Below, one piece after another: positions 10,601 through 19,798 of a stretch of DNA of 62,346 nt (position 1 is the first letter of the stretch; every line of letters starts with the position of its first letter). Made by a program: the position numbers and the translations under genes. The notes beneath the pieces are model-generated. The model was not told the DNA's origin. It searched no databases and was given only the letters and a program-made list of their open reading frames with translations. Origin of the DNA: Candidatus Zhuqueibacterota bacterium (GTDB lineage Bacteria; Zhuqueibacterota; Zhuqueibacteria; Thermofontimicrobiales; Thermofontimicrobiaceae); contig JADHVV010000004.1 in the NCBI GenBank assembly GCA_016783825.1, positions 1-62,346 of the forward strand, written 5' to 3'.

Positions 10601-10745
10601 TATAGAAGAAATTAATCGCAAGGAGTCTATTATAAGCAATTGTCGTGAATACATTTTGGATTTGAAATGGGAAGATGAAAACACTTGTCGCTATTCAAAT
10701 CCGTATTACTGGGGGGCATTTGTCATTTCCGGTCGCATGGAGTAA
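7677..10745 (+). CDS. TPR-repeat CHAT-domain (caspase-like) peptidase
   Basis: The N-terminal roughly 470 aa carry TPR_12-like repeats (LGIIYRELAKLTDAESHFGKAL, LGIVFRDCGDLEKAYKHYQLGY, IGNYFYQTGQPAKAQPYYEKAL). The C-terminal CHAT core has catalytic His in VVHFSTHAEG (His831, nt 10167-10169) and Cys in VLSACETG (Cys873, nt 10293-10295), then YWGAFVISG at the end. Confidence 0.9.
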   Translation: MSKIQFELLRIRSQTELQQFTQKILFNRSSQRLPTEGELLDFVNELCPAGKRLYNDEKYQQSILLLTHAQKIAKVMKNETVETKILCDLGFPYYFLKEYSQTILIWERAYNLSRQVNDISAMAEIGFFLSKVFREINAFSRLTKCAELALRDYRKLQNSTVDSVKALKFKDKIGQLFDALGLGYSYAGPIDASILNYQKSIKIAAGLGNFVEKRNRLGNLARTYLVAGEKELALDTYFDALKIKTNNPESDQNAQILGNMSLGIIYRELAKLTDAESHFGKALGVASKIGDNQNMNRLLNSLGIVFRDCGDLEKAYKHYQLGYKIARTTGDEIGEGDSQGNIGNYFYQTGQPAKAQPYYEKALQISRKYNDTLLISRWTGNLGNVCSQLGKQSNAVEFYREALALSQEIHDKDHEYLWNYNLGVIYRDQFKNPEEARCCFLRAILCLNDLRRGIRNEDFSRSFGENKVFVYQDMIDVCLELSGRKPAFLDDALAYAEDAKGYTLMRMITESGIQPSPVVPESLRKEFFLSQNRIHHFENKLSEPSFLKNNDIETGTDGNRLPGLTSQQQEHHRQDWLQKLTKAKVKQRNILLKIAQYDPAFAEISNQEKISIKSVQEFLDQNYPGKMIVFFSVTRDYLNIFLVTAQEIVTVRLPELHESALNKLVNDEWLNPYEIYRNKKSVNTWQQDIDKFSVTMYNKFWLKIEPHITKENVDGLIIIPSGVLYLLPFHLIRLPSEQNEQARYLSDDFQIAYAPNFRMLKLSQSKGDLPFLETNFLGICNPDRSLLWADLEMEVISNFFSESLVLWHETAQRKRILEIINRYSVVHFSTHAEGATFSELNVGMLTADGFLSMHDIFTHVKFPQSAMTVLSACETGMIKPDKGDEYIGLPAAFLYASVPSVVSSLWKVEDASTALLMIKFYENLKTNNMSRIQALSDAQNWLRTVTNAELILYLEPITDEMENEIRELKQKKQEVIEEINRKESIISNCREYILDLKWEDENTCRYSNPYYWGAFVISGRME

Positions 10746-10839
10746 TTTACAATAAACTGGCGATCGATAAAAATTCGCAAACTTTCACCTTACTATAAAA
10801 AATCAAATCATTCATTAACCAAAAAACTGGAGTAAAAAA

Positions 10840-13800
10840 ATGAAATTTTCAAAACCCACCGGATTCTTTTTGTTGTTCCTGCTTTTCTTATATCAAATCG
10901 GATTTTCACAAAATAAAATTGACGCGGAGCTCAGAAACTTAATTCTTCTTCAGGAAACCAAATCATCATTATTTAAAGGCAAATATGTGAACTCGATTCC
11001 GCTAGAATCCAAAAACAATGTGATAATGACCAGTGTTATTGTACAAAGTCAAAATCACGATTTTTCGATGGTGACTCAAGCAGGTGGCATTTTGCGCACT
11101 ATTGCCGGACCGTACGCCACAGCGCTGGTACCAGTGAATAAAATTAAAGTAATCGCCGGGAAATCGGGCGTTGATTACGTTGCAGCCACATATAAGCTCA
11201 AAACATTAAATGATGTCGCGACTGATATAACCGGTGCTGACCAAGCCAATGAAATGGGATACACCGGCGAAGATGTAATCATTGGTGTGGTAGATACTGG
11301 AATTGATGTGAAACATCCCGGGTTTATCGGGCCAAATGGCACCCGAGTGCTCTATTTGTGGGATCAAACCGCGGCTGGTAGTGGTACGGATTATCCGGTT
11401 TACGATTACGGAATTGAATGGACCAAAGACCAAATCGACAATGGTCAATGTACTTCAAAAGATGAGGATGGTCACGGAACACACGTAGCAGGTTCCATCG
11501 CCCAGTACATGCCGCCGGAACAAGTCCATGAACACCCTTACAACGGTGGATTAACCAAAGCCAACCTGGTAATTGTAAAAACTAATTTTGATGATGCAAC
11601 CACCAAGCTGGACGCCATCAGTTATATTTTCGAAAAAGCTGCTGAGCTGGGAAAACCTGCAATAGTCAATTTGAGCATTGGTAGTCAAATCGGTCCACAC
11701 GACGGTACTGATCCCATGTGTGCCTTTTATGACCATTTAACTGGCCCGGGGCGCTTAATCTTCCAGTCAGCTGGAAATGATGGTGCTTCCAAAATTCACC
11801 ACATGGTCACTGCTGACGCGAATGGGGAAGAAATGGAATTTGTGCTTGAAAAAGAAGCGGAATTCCTATCTTTTGATATGTGGTACGACGGTTCGAGCAG
11901 CGTACAGCTACAAGTATTTGGGCCGGGAAATAATTTGTTGTTAACTGCTCCTGCCGGTTCTAAAACAGAAGATACTGGGGTGGACACGCCCTATGGTCAG
12001 ATTTATATTTCTAATGCAGCTTATGGGCCTGTATTTTATAATGGTGATAAGCGTATTTATATGCGACTTACCGAAGAGGCAAAAGCCGGTCAGTGGAAAC
12101 TCAGGTTTTCGGCGTCAACTCCAACTGTTGTTCACGCCTGGATGGCTCTCGGTAATAAAGACGCTGGTTTCGAATTTAGAACCGACGACAATCACTTCAC
12201 ATTGATTAATGATGCCTGTAGTCGCAGTGTGATTGCGGTCGGTGCAATGATTTCTAAAAATAGATTCAAAGTGCGAGATTATGAAGGCTATCCGGATGGA
12301 CATGAATTTGTTTTTGACGACCTGATTCTTGGCAAAATTGCTGATTACAGTTCCGGTGGACCCACGCGGGATGGCCGGAAAAAGCCGGAACTCGTTGCCC
12401 CCGGAACCTTTATCGGTTCGGCTATGTCTGGACAAATGGATATGAGCGCAAGTTTCGGAACCCTTGATGATTTCCGTTCGATTGGCTCAATTATTCCGTT
12501 GTGGCCGACTGAATTTCAGGGTATTTTGAAAGGAACCAGTATGTCAGTGACTAGCGCCACAGGTAGCGGGGGAATTGCCGCATCACTGAATAATGAGATC
12601 ACTCCCGAGATGTACAAGGAATTGTGCGAGCATGGCGTCGTCACAACCGATCTTGAAGTCAATCCTGTGCTGAAATCAACTACGGTAAAACGGGAATGGA
12701 ATTACCTGACAGGTTATGGTTTGCTCAATATGGAAAAATTAATTAACCGGAAAGTATCACTGGTTTCCTGTGGTCAAATCAATGGAAACAGACTTGAATT
12801 AACGCTCAGCCATGAAGTCATTGGTGCAGATAACACAGCAAATTACCAAATTCAGGGGCCCACAAGTGTTTCGGTCGTTTCAGCTAGTGTTTCAGGGAAA
12901 ACGGTCAGCCTTGAATTAAACAAACCATTGAAAGAAGGATATCAGTATTCCCTAACAATTCAAAATATAATTGGTCTGGAAGAACCGGCAACAATTCCTA
13001 TTCAGAATCAGAAAGGAACTATTGTCGATTACCCTGCCATGGAAAATAATGTTTATTGGTCGCTGGCAAACTCACCTTATTATATTCATAAAAATGTCGT
13101 GGTTTTCTCATATGCCCGGCTGAAAATCGAACCTGGCGCCCATCTTGTGTTTATGCCGGGAACAACTGCATTGTCCGGTTTGGAAATATCTGGGGCATTA
13201 GAGGCCCGCGGAACAGTTGATTCACCCATCATTTTTGAGCCGTATAAAGGATCTGGGATAACAGATTGGGCGGGTTTATATTTTTCAAGTAAAATTCCGA
13301 ACACTACCATAAGTCATTGCCGGATTTTTGGCGCTGAAATGGGAATAGCTTGCCTAAGTAACAATCTGACCGTTGAAAATTGTATTGTCGATAATTCGAC
13401 TGAAATTGGTATCTTAATTCAGAATTGTGCCCCGACTATTTTCCGAACGCAGATTATAAACACGAAAGGGGTGGATTTTGGTCAAGCGATTCAGCTCAGT
13501 GGCGCATTAAATTCACCTGTGTTGGAAAATTTGTCAATTCACAACAGTGTCACTGCCGGGATTGTCTGTTTTAATTCCAATCCTCAAATAACAAATTGTA
13601 TTCTATCGAAAAATTCTTACGGCGTATATTCCGATGGAGAGGCTGCCCCATCAATTACATATTCCAATGTTTGGGAAACCAGCGGAATCGAGTACGTCAA
13701 TGTTTCGCCCGGCACTGGCTGCATTTCTTCAAATCCGCAATTCATGAATTCGGCTAATAATGATTTACGGCTCAAAGATGATTCTCCTTGCGTGGATCAG

Positions 13801-14454
13801 GGAAATCCAGCTCAAATAGATTTGGATGGTTCCCGCATCGATATGGGTGCTCTGCCGCTGGTGAGTGTACCGGATTTGATATTTCCCGAAGATGGTACCA
13901 TTAATCACCGGACAGATTTGGAATTGAAATGGCAGAAGAATAAAGGCGGTATTGAATTTGAAGTAGTAATTGCCACTGATGATCAATTTAAAAACGTCCA
14001 CGATTCGACGAGAACAACTCAGACATCATTTAAGCCAAATGAATTGGATATTGAAACTACATATTTTTGGCAAGTCAAAGCCTTTAACGGATACTGCTGG
14101 AGCGATTGGGGCCAGGCACTATTTACTACACCAGTCCGGCAATTCGTTTCGGAAGTGCCTGATATATTCGCGCTTGATCAGAATTATCCGAATCCGTTTA
14201 ATCCGACTACGCAAATTAATTACCAACTTCCCCAAGCTGCCAATATTCAAATTCAGATTTACAATTTGCATGGACAGTTGATTCAAGAAATTTTGAACAA
14301 AGAAAAAAGCGCCGGTAAACACAGCGCTGTTTGGAATTGTGTGAATCAAAGAGGGGGCAAAGTTGCCAGCGGGATTTATTTTTATATGTTGACCGCGAAA
14401 AATGATCAACAAATCTTGTTTCAACAAAACAAAAAAATGGTGATGATGAAATAA
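10840..14454 (+). CDS. Secreted S8 (subtilisin-family) serine peptidase with parallel beta-helix repeats, an FN3-like domain and a T9SS-type C-terminal sorting domain
   Basis: Signal peptide MKFSKPTGFFLLFLLFLYQIGFS. Catalytic triad contexts are VGVVDTGID, DGHGTHVAGS and GTSMSVTSATG. Beta-helix repeats (NCIVDNSTEIGILIQNC, NSVTAGIVCFNSNPQITNC). C-terminal YPNPFNPTTQINYQLP...GIYFYML matches the por-secretion tail pattern. Confidence 0.9.
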   Translation: MKFSKPTGFFLLFLLFLYQIGFSQNKIDAELRNLILLQETKSSLFKGKYVNSIPLESKNNVIMTSVIVQSQNHDFSMVTQAGGILRTIAGPYATALVPVNKIKVIAGKSGVDYVAATYKLKTLNDVATDITGADQANEMGYTGEDVIIGVVDTGIDVKHPGFIGPNGTRVLYLWDQTAAGSGTDYPVYDYGIEWTKDQIDNGQCTSKDEDGHGTHVAGSIAQYMPPEQVHEHPYNGGLTKANLVIVKTNFDDATTKLDAISYIFEKAAELGKPAIVNLSIGSQIGPHDGTDPMCAFYDHLTGPGRLIFQSAGNDGASKIHHMVTADANGEEMEFVLEKEAEFLSFDMWYDGSSSVQLQVFGPGNNLLLTAPAGSKTEDTGVDTPYGQIYISNAAYGPVFYNGDKRIYMRLTEEAKAGQWKLRFSASTPTVVHAWMALGNKDAGFEFRTDDNHFTLINDACSRSVIAVGAMISKNRFKVRDYEGYPDGHEFVFDDLILGKIADYSSGGPTRDGRKKPELVAPGTFIGSAMSGQMDMSASFGTLDDFRSIGSIIPLWPTEFQGILKGTSMSVTSATGSGGIAASLNNEITPEMYKELCEHGVVTTDLEVNPVLKSTTVKREWNYLTGYGLLNMEKLINRKVSLVSCGQINGNRLELTLSHEVIGADNTANYQIQGPTSVSVVSASVSGKTVSLELNKPLKEGYQYSLTIQNIIGLEEPATIPIQNQKGTIVDYPAMENNVYWSLANSPYYIHKNVVVFSYARLKIEPGAHLVFMPGTTALSGLEISGALEARGTVDSPIIFEPYKGSGITDWAGLYFSSKIPNTTISHCRIFGAEMGIACLSNNLTVENCIVDNSTEIGILIQNCAPTIFRTQIINTKGVDFGQAIQLSGALNSPVLENLSIHNSVTAGIVCFNSNPQITNCILSKNSYGVYSDGEAAPSITYSNVWETSGIEYVNVSPGTGCISSNPQFMNSANNDLRLKDDSPCVDQGNPAQIDLDGSRIDMGALPLVSVPDLIFPEDGTINHRTDLELKWQKNKGGIEFEVVIATDDQFKNVHDSTRTTQTSFKPNELDIETTYFWQVKAFNGYCWSDWGQALFTTPVRQFVSEVPDIFALDQNYPNPFNPTTQINYQLPQAANIQIQIYNLHGQLIQEILNKEKSAGKHSAVWNCVNQRGGKVASGIYFYMLTAKNDQQILFQQNKKMVMMK

Positions 14455-14503
14455 GATGTAAATATAAGTTTGTGAGGCGATTTAACTGTTTGAGAATTAA
14501 TAA

Positions 14504-14540
14504 AACCAAAAAGGAGAGAATTATTCTCTCCCTTTTGGTT
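14504..14540. terminator. Bidirectional hairpin terminator between convergent genes
   Basis: AACCAAAAAGGAGAGAA-tta-TTCTCTCCCTTTTGGTT lies between the S8 peptidase stop (14454) and the stop of the minus-strand lipoprotein gene (14562). Confidence 0.65.
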
Positions 14541-14561
14541 CAGAAACTTTTCCCCAATACG

Positions 14562-14765
14562 TTATTTCTCTTCTTCCTGGGGAGCTTCTTCTTCTTCTGC
14601 TTCACCTTCCGGTGGTGCTTCTGGTGCCGTTACAGTTGTATCGACCGGAGCTTGTTCAATTTCCTCAGTCTCTACTTGCTGTTCTGCTTCCTGTTTTTTT
14701 GCGCAGCCATTAAAAAGAACTAATGGCAATGTGAGCAAAAGAAGAATGGCAACGAATTTTTTCAT
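14562..14765 (-). CDS. Small acidic lipoprotein (67 aa)
   Basis: Strong RBS GGGAGGTG lies 7 nt upstream of the ATG. The signal peptide ends LFNGC. The mature part is Glu/Pro/Ala-rich. Confidence 0.6.
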   Translation of the reverse strand: MKKFVAILLLLTLPLVLFNGCAKKQEAEQQVETEEIEQAPVDTTVTAPEAPPEGEAEEEEAPQEEEK

Positions 14766-14963
14766 TTGAGTTCACCTCCCTCATTTATTTTATCACAAAT
14801 AAGGCACCATGCCTTATTTTTGCTATATGTTACTTTGTAGTAACATACTTTAACAATATATGATTTTTTTTTCTGTTTGTCAAGATAAAAATTTATTTGA
14901 CAGGATAATCACTTGTTAAATAATAGAAAAGGTGTAGTTTTTATTGGTTGGGTACCAATATAA

Positions 14964-15464
14964 GATTCCTGTATAGTCACATTATAGTATTACAAGTTCA
15001 ATCTTTGTTTTTTGTGCAAAAGTTTTTAAATCCAGAACAATAAACTCATACAACGAAAAGGCTGAGGCGAAGGCTAAGGCGGAGTAAGGTAGAAGATTAA
15101 AGGATTAAGGATTTTTTTTCCTTCGCCTTCGCCTCAGCCTTTGCCTGCACTTTAGTGCGCTGGGTTACTTAAATGAATACAGACTATAGTATTACCAGTT
15201 GAATCATTGTTCTTTTGCACTAAAGTATTAAAATTTATGCAGTTACCATATTATTTATAAAGGAAACACAGACTGTGCAAAAGTTTTTTTAACCCAGATC
15301 AATTAACTATTACATCGAAAAGGCTGAGGTGAAGGCTAAGGCGAAGCAAGATATAAGATTAAAGGATTAAGGATTTTCTTCCTTCGCCTTTGCCTCAGCC
15401 TGCACTTTAGTGCGCTGGGCTTCACTTCCCTAATTCACATGCACCCTCCCTCGATCAGAATGAC
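14964..15464 (+). repeat. Composite nested repeat: 5'-truncated GTCATTCTGAG-family element whose internal segment is interrupted by two AAGGCTGAGG word-hairpins
   Basis: AGATTCCTGTATAGTCAC (14964-) and CTTCACTTCCC...TCAGAATGAC (15419-15464) match the interior and right end of the 5780-5937 element. Hairpins lie at 15056-15142 and 15317-15400. The duplicated segment TATAGTATTAC.AGTT.AATC occurs at 14985 and 15185. Confidence 0.8.
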
Positions 15465-15712
15465 ATCTAATCAACGAATAGCTGCGAGTTAGTTATTAAT
15501 TTTAAATCTTATAAAAAATCACAAATTGAAAAAATCAAATCAAAATGAAAATATTAGATCATTAGGTATCCGGAATGACGGTGTGTATTCCATGACATTA
15601 CAAAATATCACATATACGGCAGAGATAGTGCATTTTTTAGCACTTTATTTCAATAATAAATTTATAGTCTTATATAAGTCAAAATGTAGTAAAATTATAC
15701 TTCTGCCTGGTG

Positions 15713-15740
15713 TTGCAAAATTGCTTAAAAATCTTATATT
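15713..15740 (+). promoter_or_regulatory. Putative sigma70-type promoter of groESL
   Basis: TTGCAA, a 16-nt spacer, then TATATT, immediately upstream of the CIRCE operator. Confidence 0.4.
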
Positions 15741-15752
15741 TACACGTTAAAT

Positions 15753-15779
15753 TTAGCACTCTTTTATAGTGAGTGCTAA
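15753..15779 (+). promoter_or_regulatory. CIRCE operator (HrcA binding site)
   Basis: TTAGCACTC-ttttatagt-GAGTGCTAA is a perfect match to the TTAGCACTC-N9-GAGTGCTAA consensus, 75 nt upstream of groES. Confidence 0.9.
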
Positions 15780-15853
15780 ATGGAAGGTTTACTAATTAAA
15801 GTAAATTAATTAATCAATAAATAATCACAAAAACTAATTTAGGAGGAGTGTCA

Positions 15854-16138
15854 ATGAAAATTAGACCTCTAGCAGATCGGGTTGTCGTACAACCGATGGA
15901 TGCAGAAGAAAAACAACAAGGTGGTATCATAATACCTGATACTGCAAAAGAAAAACCCCAGCAGGGTAAAGTTGTGGCTGTAGGACCAGGAAAAGTTTCT
16001 GAATCTGGTCAAAAGATCGCAATGGAAGTAAAAGTTGACGATGTTGTGCTTTATGGAAAATATTCCGGAACAGAAGTGACAGTTGAAGATGAAGACCTGT
16101 TAATTATGCGTGAGAGCGATATTCTTGCAGTGTTATAA
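15854..16138 (+). CDS. groES: Co-chaperonin GroES
   Basis: [13 protein letters not shown]...[28 protein letters not shown] lies 7 nt upstream of the ATG at 15854; the track ORF begins at an upstream GTG at 15848. Confidence 0.97.
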   Translation: MKIRPLADRVVVQPMDAEEKQQGGIIIPDTAKEKPQQGKVVAVGPGKVSESGQKIAMEVKVDDVVLYGKYSGTEVTVEDEDLLIMRESDILAVL

Positions 16139-16174
16139 AAATGTTAATTTGAAATAATCCAATTAAGGAGATAA

Positions 16175-17821
<1,647 letters not shown>

Positions 17822-17877
17822 GATAAAGATTAGTTTAGATATTAATTTAAATATTAATATACTTTTTCCTATTAAAA

Positions 17878-17912
17878 GCCCTGGTATTTTAAAATACCAG
17901 GGCTTTTTTTTT
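17878..17912 (+). terminator. Rho-independent terminator of groESL
   Basis: GCCCTGGTATTTT/AAAATACCAGGGC perfect stem followed by a T9 run. Confidence 0.85.
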
Positions 17913-17984
17913 AGCTTGACAAAATTGAAATGTTTTCATATATTTAAGATTCTAAAAATTGACTATGCGAGCATGGTTACCATT

Positions 17985-18100
17985 GTCATTCTGAGGGAGC
18001 TTGCGACCGAAGAATCTCCCCAAAATTAGCACTTTTGTTTAAATCATACGAGATTCTTCACTTCCCTACTTCACCAACCCCCTCCCTCGTTCAGAATGAC
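17985..18100 (+). repeat. GTCATTCTGAGGGAGC...TCAGAATGAC palindromic element, short form
   Basis: It has the same termini and inner stem GAAGAATCTC/GAGATTCTTC as 5780-5937 but lacks the roughly 50-nt internal CTGTATAGTCAC...ACAGACTATG segment. Confidence 0.9.
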
Positions 18101-18160
18101 ATTAATACAACGAATAGTTGAACAGAGGCGAAAAAATTTGAATTATTAATAGATTTATAA

Positions 18161-18667
18161 ATGACATCCATATACCTGGGACTGGGTACAAACCTTGGAA
18201 AACGGGAAAATAATCTTTCCCAATGTGTAAATCTTTTGTCGGCTAATCAAGAAATTGATTTAAAAAAATTATCTTCAATTTACGAGACCGAACCTTATGG
18301 ATTTACAGAACAACCAAGGTTTTTAAATATGGTCGTTGAAATCGAAACCATGTTGGCGCCAAATCAACTATTACGTGTTACCCAAGATATTGAAAAAAAA
18401 TTAGGCAAAAAAAAGTTGTTTCATTGGGGTCCCCGAAAAATTGATATCGATATTCTGAGCTACCAGGATCGGGTGATAAAACAAGAAATGTTAACAATAC
18501 CACACGCACAGCTACATTTACGGAAATTTGTGTTAATTCCTTTGAATGAAATAGCACCGGGTTTTATTCATCCTTTGTTTAACAAAAACATAAATCAATT
18601 ATTGGATGAGTGTCAGGATGAATCAAAAGTGACAAAAATCATGCATGGTAAAAATTTAATTTCTTAA
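18161..18667 (+). CDS. folK: 2-amino-4-hydroxy-6-hydroxymethyldihydropteridine diphosphokinase
   Basis: IYLGLGTNLGKRENNL, SSIYETEPYGFTEQPRFLN and WGPRKIDIDIL. Confidence 0.9.
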   Translation: MTSIYLGLGTNLGKRENNLSQCVNLLSANQEIDLKKLSSIYETEPYGFTEQPRFLNMVVEIETMLAPNQLLRVTQDIEKKLGKKKLFHWGPRKIDIDILSYQDRVIKQEMLTIPHAQLHLRKFVLIPLNEIAPGFIHPLFNKNINQLLDECQDESKVTKIMHGKNLIS

Positions 18668-18676
18668 ATTAGTAGA

Positions 18677-19309
18677 ATGGATATTAAACAGGCATACATT
18701 GCAATTGACGGCGTTATCGGCGTGGGCAAAACGACTTTAGTGAACATGTTGACTAAACGTTTCAAAGGTAAAGCTGTTTATGAAATAGTAGAAGAGAATC
18801 CGTTTTTAGCTGATTTTTACCAGGATCCAAAACGATATGCTTTTCAAACGCAAATGTTCTTTTTGTTAAGCCGCTACAGGCAGCAGCAGGAATTGCCCCA
18901 GCGTGAGCTTTTTCACCAATTGTTAGTTTCCGATTATATCTTTGCCAAAGATAAAATTTTTGCTTATTTGAACCTGGAAGACCGCGAACTTTTTTTATAC
19001 GAAAAAATTGTCAAGTTAATGGAGCGGGATATCCCAAAACCGGATCTTGTTATTTATTTAAAGTCCACTCCCGATCGGTTAATGAATAATATTAAAAAAC
19101 GGGATCGTTCGTTTGAGCGGGAAATGAAATTTGAATATATTGACTCTTTGAACAAGGCTTATAATAATTTTTTCAACTTGTATGACGCAACACCGCTGTT
19201 AATAATCAATGCAACAAGCATGGATTTTGTTGATAATAACAATGACTTTGAAAAAATTGTTGAATTAATTTTTACAGATATTAAAGGTACTTATATTTTT
19301 GAACAATAA
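18677..19309 (+). CDS. Deoxynucleoside kinase
   Basis: P-loop IAIDGVIGVGKTTL, then ENPFLADFYQDPKRYAFQTQMFFLLSRY and the lid region KKRDRSFE. Confidence 0.85.
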   Translation: MDIKQAYIAIDGVIGVGKTTLVNMLTKRFKGKAVYEIVEENPFLADFYQDPKRYAFQTQMFFLLSRYRQQQELPQRELFHQLLVSDYIFAKDKIFAYLNLEDRELFLYEKIVKLMERDIPKPDLVIYLKSTPDRLMNNIKKRDRSFEREMKFEYIDSLNKAYNNFFNLYDATPLLIINATSMDFVDNNNDFEKIVELIFTDIKGTYIFEQ

Positions 19310-19323
19310 ATTTTGGTGAAATT

Positions 19324-19521
19324 ATGTCTTTATTCAGACTGATTCTTATTGGAATAGCAATTTACTTAATCAGCAAAGTATTTAAAAATTTATTAAATCC
19401 TCCCCCACAAAACAGGCATGTTGAAGGAAATGCACAAACACCAGATCCAATTAATCTTTCAGGAGCTGATATTGAAGATGCGGAATTTGAGGAAATTGAT
19501 GGGGATGAAAAGAACGGATAG
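19324..19521 (+). CDS. Small membrane protein with acidic C-terminus (possibly DUF4834-like)
   Basis: N-terminal TM helix LFRLILIGIAIYLISKVF and a C-terminal DIEDAEFEEIDGDE. The family assignment is from memory of the pattern only. Confidence 0.5.
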   Translation: MSLFRLILIGIAIYLISKVFKNLLNPPPQNRHVEGNAQTPDPINLSGADIEDAEFEEIDGDEKNG

Positions 19522-19522
19522 T

Positions 19523-19705
19523 TAATTCTACTTTGTCAGATTAGAAAAACTACTAAAGAGTTGTCATTCCGGTACCACGGGCACTTCCTTCGGTTGCATG
19601 TTTTTTTCCGGAATCTCTTGCTAAATTCAAACGAGATTCCGGTATTCCGCTTCGCTTCAACCGGAATGACAAGCGAATAACGATAATGTGACAAAGTAGA
19701 ATTAA
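19523..19705. repeat. Palindromic element of the GTCATT...AATGAC superfamily (GTCATTCCGG variant)
   Basis: Outer stem TTAATTCTACTTTGTCA/TGACAAAGTAGAATTAA; GTCATTCCGG (19563-19572) pairs with CCGGAATGAC (19661-19670); inner stem GGAATCTC/GAGATTCC. Confidence 0.85.
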
Positions 19706-19798
19706 TTGATTCCTAAAATCCAAAAAGCAAGTGGACAGGTCGTAGATCCCGATTTATCGGGATTAGCGGGATGTTCAGGATCGACAGGATGTTTTTTA

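Noticed and set aside
10840-14454. S8 peptidase as a fourth component of the CHAT system
   Set aside because: It has its own RBS after a 94-nt gap, a signal peptide and a T9SS-type sorting tail, so it is exported. It is more likely an ordinary secreted protease that merely neighbours the operon.
14472-14723. 83-aa + strand ORF
   Set aside because: It is antisense to the small lipoprotein gene, which has a strong GGGAGGTG RBS and a signal peptide. It also spans the bidirectional terminator hairpin.
15526-15750. 74-aa + strand ORF upstream of groES
   Set aside because: It has a non-ATG start and no RBS, and it runs through the putative groESL promoter, ending 2 nt before the CIRCE operator.
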